Positions 36,643 through 45,623 of a stretch of DNA of 64,000 nt are shown piece by piece (positions within the stretch are counted from its first letter, which is position 1; each line of letters begins with the position of its first letter). This stretch comes from a virus (lineage: Duplodnaviria; Caudoviricetes): positions 11,210-75,209 of IMG/VR virus record IMGVR_UViG_2886410390_000001; one strand, written 5' to 3'. The position numbers and the translations under genes are program-made. Below the pieces are notes generated by a model. That model did no database searches. It saw nothing but the letters and a program-made list of their open reading frames with translations, and was not told the DNA's origin.

Positions 36643-37098
36643 ATGCCCAGCTCGCAGCGCGCCGCCTTCCTCGCCCTCGTCCTCCAGCAGATGCACTCCC
36701 CCTACCGGTGGAATGCGAAGGGCACCCGGGACGCCACCACCGGGCAGCGCGTCTTCGACTGCTCCGGGCTGGTGACGTGGACGCTGCACCAGGTGGGCGG
36801 GCCGGACTGGCGCGCCACCCACAACACGGACCGACTCTGGGCGGCGTGCGCCCCGGTGGACTTCGCCGCGCTGCTGCCCGGGGACCTGGTGCTGTACCAC
36901 CGCGCGGGCGCGCCCGCCGACGCCGAGCACGTCATGGTGCACGTGGGCGGGGGCGTCGTGGTGGGCGCGTCAGGTGGCGGCCGGGCCACCCTCACGCTCG
37001 CCGACGCCGCAGCCCATGACGCCCGCGTGAAGGCCCTCCCTCACCTCGGCTACCGGCCGGACCTCATGGGCTTCCGCCGGCTGCCCTTCGCCTCGTAG
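36643..37098 (+). CDS. NlpC/P60 (C40) endopeptidase, putative endolysin
   Basis: PYRW...FDCSGLV...LLPGDLVLY...HVMVHVG. Confidence 0.85.
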   Translation: MPSSQRAAFLALVLQQMHSPYRWNAKGTRDATTGQRVFDCSGLVTWTLHQVGGPDWRATHNTDRLWAACAPVDFAALLPGDLVLYHRAGAPADAEHVMVHVGGGVVVGASGGGRATLTLADAAAHDARVKALPHLGYRPDLMGFRRLPFAS

Positions 37099-37129
37099 CT
37101 GTCCCCTCGCAGTCCCCCAGGAGTACTCC

Positions 37130-37747
37130 ATGAAGAAGCGCTTCGCCCTCGCCGCCGTGCTCGCGGCCGTCCTCACCGCGCCGGTGGCTCTGGCCCAGGA
37201 CGGCACCTCGCCGCCGGAGCCCACGCTGAAGTCCATCATCCTGTCCGCCGCCGTCACGGCCACGCCCGTGCTGGCCACCGCGCTCGCCGGCCTTGTGGCG
37301 GCCGCGCTCGTCGCCCTCACGAAGAAGCTCCATGCCCAGGCCGGAGAGTCGAAGCTCGCGCAGGTGGCCACGCGCGCCAGCATGCTGGCCGAGGGCGTCG
37401 TCCGGGACATTGAGGTGACGCTGAAGCCGAAGCTCGAGGCAGCGTCTGCCGACGGCACCCTCTCCGACGCGGAGCTGCAGAGCATCAAGGCCGCCGCGCT
37501 GGAGCAGCTCAAGGCGAGCCTGGGCCAGCGCGGCCTGGCCGAGTTGCAGCAGGTGCTCCAGCTCACCGCCGGCAGCGTGGGCACCTTCCTCTCCGGGCTC
37601 ATCGAGGCGGCCCTGGACCGCATGAAGGCGAGCCGTGCGCCCGCGCTGGCGGACGAGGTGGTGTCGGCGGCGCTGTCGCTGGGCGCCCTCGGCAGCCAGG
37701 CGGCGCTCGCCCCGGTGACGGCCTCCCCTCAGATGCCCCGCGGTTAG
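37130..37747 (+). CDS. Membrane protein with signal peptide, LL-H-holin-like or spanin-like
   Basis: MKKRFALAAVLAAVLTAPVALA signal; TM segment; ADGTLSDAELQSIKAAALEQL helices. Confidence 0.55.
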   Translation: MKKRFALAAVLAAVLTAPVALAQDGTSPPEPTLKSIILSAAVTATPVLATALAGLVAAALVALTKKLHAQAGESKLAQVATRASMLAEGVVRDIEVTLKPKLEAASADGTLSDAELQSIKAAALEQLKASLGQRGLAELQQVLQLTAGSVGTFLSGLIEAALDRMKASRAPALADEVVSAALSLGALGSQAALAPVTASPQMPRG

Positions 37748-37770
37748 CTGTCGCCGCGGGGCTCTCCCGA

Positions 37771-37962
37771 GTGCTGTCTGACGTACCGGTGCGGACCGGC
37801 TACGTGGAGGCCCAGGCCGGCGTGTCCTCCCTCACGGGCGCCTACGCGCGCCTGGAGGCGGGGGCGCGGCTGCGCAGCAACCTGGGGCTCTTCGCCTTCG
37901 CCGAGGCCAACCAGCGCGAGCGCATGGCCGGCGCCGGCATGCGGTGGACGTTCGGCTGGTGA
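37771..37962 (+). CDS. Small beta-strand-rich ORF ending in aromatic residue
   Basis: GYVEAQAG...AYARLEAG...GLFAFAE...GAGMRWTFGW alternating pattern. Confidence 0.45.
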   Translation: MLSDVPVRTGYVEAQAGVSSLTGAYARLEAGARLRSNLGLFAFAEANQRERMAGAGMRWTFGW

Positions 37963-38154
37963 CACGCCAGCGGTGACGGGCGGCCCGCCCCGGAGATCTT
38001 CAGGGCGGGCTGCTTCCTCTGCGTGGGACGAGTCTTCAGGCAGGAACGTGCAGGCGCTGGCGCTGACGCAGTCCTGGGACTCATTGCATCGAATGCCAGG
38101 ACCGCTGGGGACGCGTCTAGGATGAGCGCCCATTGGGCGGCAGGGCAATGCCAG

Positions 38155-38870
38155 CTAGGAGCGTGTTGGGGGTAACCGCAAGAACCTACTCAAAGCGTAG
38201 GCAAGGACATGATGCGCTTTGCCTATCTATGAGCAAGGTCTTCCGCCCCTACGCCCCTGAACAGTCGGAGTTGCTGCCGCCCTCGCCCCGAGACTGGCTG
38301 CCGGCCGGGCACCTGGCGTACTTCATCCTGGACGCGGTGGCGGAGCTGGACCTCAGGCCGCTGCTGGCCCGCGATGCCTGCCGCTACTGGAGCAGGTGGT
38401 GGAGAACTGCGGCGGGGTGCCCGGGGCGGTGACAGCCGACAGCGGCTACTTCTCGGAACAGAACGTGGCACGTGCAGCGAGCATTGGCATCCACGCGTAC
38501 ATCGCCACCGGCAGACTCAAGCATGGGGAGCAGCCGCCACCGGTGCGAGGGCGGATGCCACGAGACTTGAGCCTCAAGGAGTGGATGGCGCGCAGGCTCA
38601 AAACGAAGAAGGGACGCGAGGTGTACGCCCGACGCAAGGTGGCAGCCGAGCCGCCCTTCGGCCAAATCAAACAGGCGCGAGGCTTCCGGCAACTGCTGCT
38701 GCGCGGGCTGCAGAAGGCGAAGGGGGAGTGGGCGCTCACCTGCCTCACCCATAACCCGCGCAAGCTCTTCCACGTGGCGGCCGCATAGCGGTCTGCCGCA
38801 GCAAAGCAGGGGGCGGCAATCATGCCGTCCGGTACCTGCTCCTGAGCCCGTTACCACGCCAGGCTCCTAG
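38155..38870. mobile_element. Internally deleted IS1182-family element
   Basis: CTAG at both ends (38155-38158, 38867-38870); imperfect IRs CTAGGAGC...GGTAAC; transposase N- and C-terminal fragments inside. Confidence 0.75.
38229..38788 (+). pseudogene. IS1182-family transposase remnant
   Basis: N-terminal MSKVFRPYAPEQSELLPPSPRDWLP.GHLAYFI (DUF772-like) joined out of frame to ADSGYFS...YARRK..AEPPFGQIK...GF. Confidence 0.85.
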
Positions 38871-40759
38871 TTGACCACCCAGACCAGCTCCTGCTTTGCG
38901 CGCGTAATCGCAACATACTCGATATTGCATTCTTCCGTTCCGGTTCGGCTGAACGTGGCCTTGAGGAGGAACACCCTCTCGCGCTCCAACCCCTTGGCCT
39001 TGTGGACGGAACTGCAAATGATGAGAGGCTGGGCGCTTTCGGCGGCATCGTCGAAGAGGTTCTCGATGCGGGCCTCCAGCTCCTTCGTCGTGAGGAGGTC
39101 CTCGCAGAGTGCCACGAGCATTCCGGCCTGGTCTGCGATGCGCTCGATGACCGGCTCTGGGTCCTTCGCCACCAGGCGAGCGCGCTGCGTCTCGCGCCCT
39201 TCCCAGGCTGCGAGCTTGGAGAGGAAGCTCTCGATGGTCGTCCCGCCGAGCTTCTTGACGATGGTCAGGAGGCTGCGCCCGATGTCCTTCCCCTCGACCT
39301 TCGCCCTCTTGCCCCGCTTGAGGAGCTTGATGCACGTCGAGACAAGCGGCGCGTTCTTGCGGCTGAGGATGAAGCAGCCGGGCGTGGCTACCTCGACCAG
39401 CTTAGATTCCGACACGTCGCGAATGATGCCCGCGGGGGCGGTGTCTGCTGCCTTGTAATCGGGCACAAGCTGCTGGGCGAGGGCCACTACTTTCTTCGGG
39501 CAGCGGTAGGTCGTCGTGAGGGGAAACTCGACCGCGCTCAACTCGCTCTTGAGCCGGTCAAGGCTCTTCGAGTCGGCGCCGCGGAACCCGTAGATGGCCT
39601 GTCGGTCATCGCCCACGACCACCGTGCGCCCACCCTTGCGGACCAGCTTCTGGGCAAGCAGGAGCTGGGTCAGGTTCATGTCCTGCGCCTCGTCGATCAC
39701 CACGAGGTCGTACCTCGGGTGGACCATCTTCATCGCCACGGGGACGAAAATCATGTCGTCGAAATCCACGGTGCCGTCGCGCTGCGTGGCAAGCCTCATG
39801 GCTTCGTGGGCGCACCGGGCGACCGTCTCGGTGTCCCAACCGCTCTCGCTCCATTCCGCGTCGGGTTCGACTTCGAACTGGATCGCCAACTCGACCAGGT
39901 CGGCTACGGAGCCGAACGGAGCGACGTTCTTGCCGAACGCAGCGAGCTTCCTGACGAGCTTGACCATCGGGTCGGGACTCTCGTGCCCGGCTGCCCGGCG
40001 GGCGAGAGTCAACCCCCGGTCCTTATCGAGCGCAGTGCCCTTCCAGTACGTCTTCACCGCAGCGAAGCCGAGCGCATGCAGGGTCTTCGCCGTGGCGGCG
40101 GGGTTCTTCAGCTTCGTCACTAACTCGTCCGCGATTCGCTTGTTGAACGCCGCAAGCACGATGTCCTTCTCGGGTGCGTAGGTGATGCCCTCCAGGATGG
40201 TGGTGGTCTTGCCCGTGCCCGCCCTCGCGCGAACGACCGCGTTGCCCTTCCCCGTGGCAAAGAAGTCGAAGATGGCGTTCTGCTGAACCGACCATCGTGT
40301 CCCCGCCGGAGCTCCCGAGAGGGGGGCCTGTCCTGGCTGCTGTTCGCCCGCCGGGGACGCAGGCACCCCTGGCACTACGGCTGGCGGAGGAGCCAGAGGA
40401 GGTACGGGGGCGGCGGTGGGGGCTGCCTTCACGGGGCTCTTGTCGCGCTGTCCCTGGGCGGGACCCTGGGGAGTCACACCGTGGACGCCGGCGGCGCCGA
40501 TACCGAGGTCGATAGTTTGGGGCTTGCGCTTGATGGGGACGGCCGCCTTGGGGGGCTCTGGCGGAGGGTTGGAGCGCTTGAGCCCGCCGTAAGTGACCCA
40601 GATGACGAGCAGCTGCACGGCGATGAGCGGCGGCCAGAACAGGTTGATGACCGTCAACGCCGTCCAGACCAGCGCGGCCCCTTGCAAGTGCCTTGGTGAG
40701 ATGAGGCGAACCAGGACCAACGTGACCACGATCGCCAACTGGTACCCGAGCACCGCCAT
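38867..40759 (-). CDS. UvrD/Rep-like SF1 helicase with N-terminal membrane segment
   Basis: ARAGTGKTT, LAAFNK, VIDEAQD, VGDDRQAIYGFRGA, YRCP, SSVHKAKGLE, YVAITRAK; ~60-aa hydrophobic N-terminus plus Pro-rich linker. Confidence 0.92.
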   Translation of the reverse strand: MAVLGYQLAIVVTLVLVRLISPRHLQGAALVWTALTVINLFWPPLIAVQLLVIWVTYGGLKRSNPPPEPPKAAVPIKRKPQTIDLGIGAAGVHGVTPQGPAQGQRDKSPVKAAPTAAPVPPLAPPPAVVPGVPASPAGEQQPGQAPLSGAPAGTRWSVQQNAIFDFFATGKGNAVVRARAGTGKTTTILEGITYAPEKDIVLAAFNKRIADELVTKLKNPAATAKTLHALGFAAVKTYWKGTALDKDRGLTLARRAAGHESPDPMVKLVRKLAAFGKNVAPFGSVADLVELAIQFEVEPDAEWSESGWDTETVARCAHEAMRLATQRDGTVDFDDMIFVPVAMKMVHPRYDLVVIDEAQDMNLTQLLLAQKLVRKGGRTVVVGDDRQAIYGFRGADSKSLDRLKSELSAVEFPLTTTYRCPKKVVALAQQLVPDYKAADTAPAGIIRDVSESKLVEVATPGCFILSRKNAPLVSTCIKLLKRGKRAKVEGKDIGRSLLTIVKKLGGTTIESFLSKLAAWEGRETQRARLVAKDPEPVIERIADQAGMLVALCEDLLTTKELEARIENLFDDAAESAQPLIICSSVHKAKGLERERVFLLKATFSRTGTEECNIEYVAITRAKQELVWVVN

Positions 40760-40840
40760 CGGTCACTCCCGTTTCGCCCGCCAACGTGGGTGCGGGGAGG
40801 GTAGCACCGCAGGCGCCCGCATCGGCGCAGCGCGGGGCGA

Positions 40841-41110
40841 GTGAGGCCGCCTGTCTTGAGCACGGGGCCGGCCCAACAGCGCACGCACCCCACCGAGAAG
40901 CCGGTGCCGCTGCTCGCGCACCTGGTGGAGAAGTCCTGCCCCGTGAGCGGGCTCGTGCTGGACCCCTTCGCGGGCACGGGCGCCACGCTGGTGGCGGCGC
41001 AGCAGCTCGGCCGCCGCGCGGTGGGCGTCGATCTCGAAGAGCGCTACTGCGAGGTGGCGGCCCATCGGCTGCAGCAGGCGCTGCGCGAGGGCTCGCAGTC
41101 TGCGGCGTGA
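40841..41110 (+). pseudogene. C-terminal fragment of N4/N6 DNA methyltransferase
   Basis: HPTEKP...VLDPFAGTGATL.AA..LGR...G.D.EERYCE.A..RL; catalytic DPPY half missing. Confidence 0.8.
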
Positions 41111-41252
41111 TGCCAGGGCGGCACGTGGTGCAGTGCCGCTGCTCGCGCCAAGCCGCCCCTCCTGGCGCTGGCATCGCTGCCAGCGTCCTTTGTCTTCTGT
41201 GCAACCCAGCTCTGCACTTCCGTCTATAGGGCGGTTTGATCGTCTTGGCGCA

Positions 41253-42008
41253 ATGTCCGGGACTATGCCGGTCATCATCCGCGCAGGTGGGCGAGTCCGA
41301 TTCGAGAAGTCGGGGCCTGGAGACGGGCCGAAGCCTCCGAAGAGGCCACCGTGCGAGTACTGCGGGAGGCCCGAGCACCCCTTTGCGGCAGAGTGGGGCA
41401 GCCACATCGGCAGCTCTTCGGTGCTGCGCGACAACATTCTCAATGGAGCCGAGGCGGACGCTCACCCCTGGTACACCGGGCGCTGGTCCATCGCCGCGCA
41501 CCATCTCATCTGCTCCGAGGCAATGGCGGACGATGAGGTCTGGGCGCGGTTCTGTCGCAAGTTCGGCTACGACATCAACCGGGCGCGGAATGGCGTTATC
41601 CTCCCCATGGTGCTGGCCGTCGCATGCGAGCTGCACGTACCCGTCCACGTCGGGCCCCACGCCGGGGGCTGGGCATTCGACATGGACCTGTCGTACCCGG
41701 AGGCGGTGAAGGCCCGCCTTGTGAAGGTGGCTCGCGCAGTCGGAGCGGGCGGTTATTGCTCCAACCCATCAGCGCTGACGGACGAGCTGGACAGACTCAG
41801 CGCAGAGATTCTGGGGCGCATCGTGGCCGGCCGCTGGACGCTTACCGCTGATGGGCTGGACTACTTGCCGGGGGGCGTCGGCTGCGCCGGCGCGAGGAGC
41901 CTTGAGGGCAAGCCGCGCCATCCCTGCCCGCAAGGCCGGCGTCACGGAGCCCGGCACGCGCGCACCGGGGCGGCGCTTCATCGTCGAGCGCCCCAGGTGG
42001 GGACGTAG
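41253..42008 (+). CDS. AHH-domain (HNH/EndoVII-fold) nuclease toxin
   Basis: IAAHHLI, YDIN...NGVILP, H.GPH; CEYC motif; no signal peptide seen. Confidence 0.85.
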   Translation: MSGTMPVIIRAGGRVRFEKSGPGDGPKPPKRPPCEYCGRPEHPFAAEWGSHIGSSSVLRDNILNGAEADAHPWYTGRWSIAAHHLICSEAMADDEVWARFCRKFGYDINRARNGVILPMVLAVACELHVPVHVGPHAGGWAFDMDLSYPEAVKARLVKVARAVGAGGYCSNPSALTDELDRLSAEILGRIVAGRWTLTADGLDYLPGGVGCAGARSLEGKPRHPCPQGRRHGARHARTGAALHRRAPQVGT

Positions 42009-42011
42009 GCC

Positions 42012-42593
42012 ATGCAACGCGACTACTTCGTCCTCATGCGCGCGCGCTCCCAGCAGCATCCGCTGCTGGCATGGGACCAGGACTACCTTTCGTTCCTGAA
42101 GCCCATGCCCGTGGACACGTGCGAGCCGGTGAAGCTGAAACTCGGGGAGCCGGTGCCCCCCAGGCCCGTCATGGTGGACCACCACAGCCTGCCTGCACCG
42201 GTCGTCTCGCCTCGGCTGAAGGATGCGCTCGCACCACTGGAGCTTCACGGCGTGCAGTGGGTTCCGGCAGACGTCCGTGTGAGTGACGGGGACGTGCGTC
42301 GATACTGGCTCATGCACATGTGGCGGCAGATTCGCTGCATGGACAGGGAGCGCTCCGACTTCACGGCCCCGCCGAGCGGGCTGTTCCTGTTGAGCCTCGA
42401 CCGCCTCGTACTCGACGAGGCGGTGTTGGACGCGATACCCCTCCAGGAGCGACTCGCCTTCCTGCTTGAGGAGGACACGGTGCACCTCTTCCACCGCATC
42501 GTGGTGGACCGGGTGATGGGCCTCACCCCTTCGCCAGAGGGACTGCGCTTCATCCCCGTGCCGGACTGGAGCGACTCGTCCGGCTTCCGCTGA
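42012..42593 (+). CDS. Imm11/DUF1629 immunity protein
   Basis: PVVSPRLKDAL..LELHGVQWVPA...YWLMH...CMD.ERS...L.LD; directly after toxin. Confidence 0.8.
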   Translation: MQRDYFVLMRARSQQHPLLAWDQDYLSFLKPMPVDTCEPVKLKLGEPVPPRPVMVDHHSLPAPVVSPRLKDALAPLELHGVQWVPADVRVSDGDVRRYWLMHMWRQIRCMDRERSDFTAPPSGLFLLSLDRLVLDEAVLDAIPLQERLAFLLEEDTVHLFHRIVVDRVMGLTPSPEGLRFIPVPDWSDSSGFR

Positions 42594-42789
42594 GCCGACC
42601 GCGGCGTCAGTTCGGCGACGAGCTTCTGCACGCGGGCGCTCACTGCGGGTTCGGACGTCCAGGGGAGCGCTGGCGCGTACCACGTGGGCGCCTCACCGCC
42701 AGGCCCGTCGAAGACCTCCAACCGGGAGGCTGGGGGGCCTGATACACCACGCGGAGCCGCCCGGACTGCGGCCGCACCACAGCGCCGCC

Positions 42790-43248
42790 GACGTCCTGGT
42801 CCATGCGCAGCCAGAGGAACGTCTCGCCCGCGAGGTCCAGGTGCAGTTGCGCCAGCTTGCGCACCTCGCGCCCGGGGAACTCGGGGTGCGAGGACTCCAA
42901 GAGGCACAGCACCTCGTGCGCCGGCAACTCCACCAGTTCGCCGGCCTGGGTGGCGTCCTCCAGCGCCTTGCGCCGCTCGAGCCTATCGAGGGACTTCCAG
43001 CGCGGGTCCATCCACAGCTTCGCGCCGCCGCTCACGCGCTTGTAGGCCGTCCACCGGGGCGTAGCCACGGCGTCCGCAACCGTGTCCACCACGGCGCGGA
43101 GCCAGCCATGCTTCCGATATGCAGCGAGAACCTCGCGCGTGCCTCGACGCGGGGAGAAGGACGCGACGGGCATGGCATGGACGAGAGGGCCCCGGATGGT
43201 GGGCAATAGGCCCAGGGCTTTCAGGGTACGGCGGACGAGAGAGGCCAT
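42790..43248 (-). pseudogene. N-terminal fragment of a second, unrelated phage portal protein
   Basis: AAYRKHGWLRAVVDTVADAVA...HEVL.LL...LHLDLAGETFLWL; homology breaks near 42790 (ORF runs on to 42640). Confidence 0.65.
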
Positions 43249-43317
43249 GCCCCGGAGAAGGGGCGCCTGTACATCGAGGCGCTCCGTCGCCAGCAAAGCG
43301 ATTACCGCACCATCAGT

Positions 43318-44310
43318 TCATTTCTGATCGAGAAACCCTAGCGCGCGAATAGACGAACCATACGTGGTCTTTTCGTACTCGCATGCAGCCTCCAGCTCTC
43401 GCTGGAGCGCATTATTCGACACCAGATCTGGGCGAAGAGGAATGGCAGCTTCGCCAACAAGCCTCAACCCATGGGTGACTGGGTCGGCGACAATCTCCCC
43501 TAGCGATACGGTTATGGATGCATGCAGGTGATCCTCGGCACTCCTTTGGCCCGGACTGCCCACCAATGCGGCGTACGCCGAGTTATGGGCAACCAACCCG
43601 CGGCCTTTCATGCCATGGAGATCAAGCCCCAATGTATATCTTGTTGATAGATCGATGGCGAAATACTGAGCCATCCTGACCAAGAAGTGCGTTGTGGCGA
43701 GTGCGATGGTGAGCAAAGAGGAAATATGAAGGTTCCCTCCCGTAGCCCCGGTAGGGTCTGCCTCCCAGCATTTCTCGCGGGAGAGGAATTCGCCGCTCCA
43801 TCGCAGTGTCCAGATGTACCCTGGTGGGTGGTCCAGCGACGTTGGAACCATGCCGGTCCATCCCGATGGGCCGATGCTGTGGACGGGGCCACTCACGTCG
43901 ACAATCGGGAACCCGTGCGTGACCTGGCGTGCAGGTATCGAGAGCGAAGGGAACGCGTTGGCAAACTTGGTACGCTCCAACTGAAGGGGCCTCTCAGCGA
44001 CGGCAGTGACTTGTCGCCACATGGTGTATTTCTGCCCAGCCCGCTCCCAGATTAGATCAATATCTCTCGTGAGCGCTGCTATGTCCATGCTCACTGAGTC
44101 ATCCCCCAACAGCCGGAGAACGAGCTCAGCGGCAGGTCCTTCGCATTTGGAACTACCATTCTCCCAGGCTGAAATGGTCGCTTCCCCGCCACGAACTCCA
44201 ATTCGGTGTGCGAGTTGGCCCTGCGTGAGGTGGTGTTTCTGCCGCAGGTCGCGAATGAGTGAGCCCGGGAGCGGGTCACCAGGCTGCCGCGTTGGTGTGT
44301 TCTTCATCAA
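43318..44310 (-). CDS. XRE-family HTH fused to uncharacterised ~250-aa domain
   Basis: IRDLRQKHHLTQGQLAHRIG...TISAWENG; low GC. Confidence 0.8.
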   Translation of the reverse strand: MMKNTPTRQPGDPLPGSLIRDLRQKHHLTQGQLAHRIGVRGGEATISAWENGSSKCEGPAAELVLRLLGDDSVSMDIAALTRDIDLIWERAGQKYTMWRQVTAVAERPLQLERTKFANAFPSLSIPARQVTHGFPIVDVSGPVHSIGPSGWTGMVPTSLDHPPGYIWTLRWSGEFLSREKCWEADPTGATGGNLHISSLLTIALATTHFLVRMAQYFAIDLSTRYTLGLDLHGMKGRGLVAHNSAYAALVGSPGQRSAEDHLHASITVSLGEIVADPVTHGLRLVGEAAIPLRPDLVSNNALQRELEAACEYEKTTYGSSIRALGFLDQK

Positions 44311-45111
44311 GATCCCCCAGTTAACCTCGACCGATTCAAGTCACCCTAGATCAAATTTCCATAGTTCAAAAGCCAGTCGATCATGCCCCACACGCGCGTG
44401 ACAGCCTGTCAGTCCTCGTTGTCGCTATCTGCCGCAGCCTCCGCTCGCTAGGCCGCGTCGGCGTTCTGCCGCTTCTTGACCACGTACTTGTAGATGGGCT
44501 AGGCGAAGGCGTCCGCGAGGGCTGATACCGGGGCAGCGCGCTCGCCCTTTGACTGGCGTGCGGGCTTCGTCTTCACCTTCACCTTCGCGACGCCGCAGAT
44601 GGTGGGCTTCACCATGCTGCGGCCCGTGTTCGTCTCGGCGAACGCCCACGCGCGCGTGCGTCCGCGGCTGTCCTCCTTCCCGAAGGTCTTCCACGCGCGG
44701 AGAACCTCCACCGACTTCTTCGCCAGGCGCAGGGCTCCGGGGGACTGGAGCGAGAGGGTCGCAAGCACGGACGCGTGGTCCAGCCCGTCCGCGCAGATTC
44801 GCCGTCCGCCCAAGAGCAGCAGCGCGACGCCGCATCTGCAGCGCTCATCGGGCGCGAGCTTGCGCGGAGGCGCGAGCTGCTCCTCGGGCTCACTGCGCAG
44901 CATGCGCAGGTCGCGGGCGAAGTCCTCGCGGACGCGTCGACGGCGCAGTTGCTCCGGCGTCTGGGCTGGGGGACGGGCTCTCCGCACGTGGACACCTCCA
45001 CGCAGGAGAAGGGGCGGTGATTTTGCTGGGACGCGCCGGGGACGAGCGGCCGCCACACTCAGAAACAAGAAAGAGAGGGGGCCAATGATGCTCTCCAGAG
45101 GGATACAAGCC

Positions 45112-45333
45112 ATGAACACCAAAGAAGAAATTACGATTGGATTTACATTGCAGCACACCGTTTCAACGGACACGGGCGACGGCTTCATCCGAGGCGTCGA
45201 ACGTTGGTTGAACCCGTCCACCTTCGAGTGGCTGGAGTTCGACCTGAGCAAGCGACGCCGCTTCCGACGAATCATCGCGGACGCAACGACACTTGGTCCG
45301 TGGGAGAGACTTGTTTCTCTTGAACAGGAGTGA
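45112..45333 (+). CDS. Small hypothetical protein
   Basis: 73-aa low-GC ORF with purine-rich upstream region. Confidence 0.4.
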   Translation: MNTKEEITIGFTLQHTVSTDTGDGFIRGVERWLNPSTFEWLEFDLSKRRRFRRIIADATTLGPWERLVSLEQE

Positions 45334-45623
45334 TGCGTTAGCACGGTGAGACCGCGAAGCCCTGCACCTCGTGCTCGGGGTGGGCGTCCTGGTAGGCCAT
45401 TGCGCTGGCGGAATTCCCAGCCCGGCCTCCACAGGTGGCGCAGCGGCAGACGTAGCAGCCGCCGGCGCTGAGTGGCTCGGCGAAGTCCGGCTGGAGGACC
45501 ATCAGGTCCAGCGGACCGGAGTGATGAGCGGCGGGGCAGGCCGGACCCGCTGCCCGACACGTGGCCTCACGCGCTACCATCAGGTGGTGCCGTGCCGGAA
45601 GCGGCACGTGGAGGGGGAGTCCC

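Noticed and set aside
44440-45090. Gene(s) in 44.4-45.1 kb
   Set aside because: Overlapping candidate frames on both strands. The minus-strand frame has an in-frame TAG near 44499 followed by more coding-like text, so it may be a decayed gene, but no family could be assigned.
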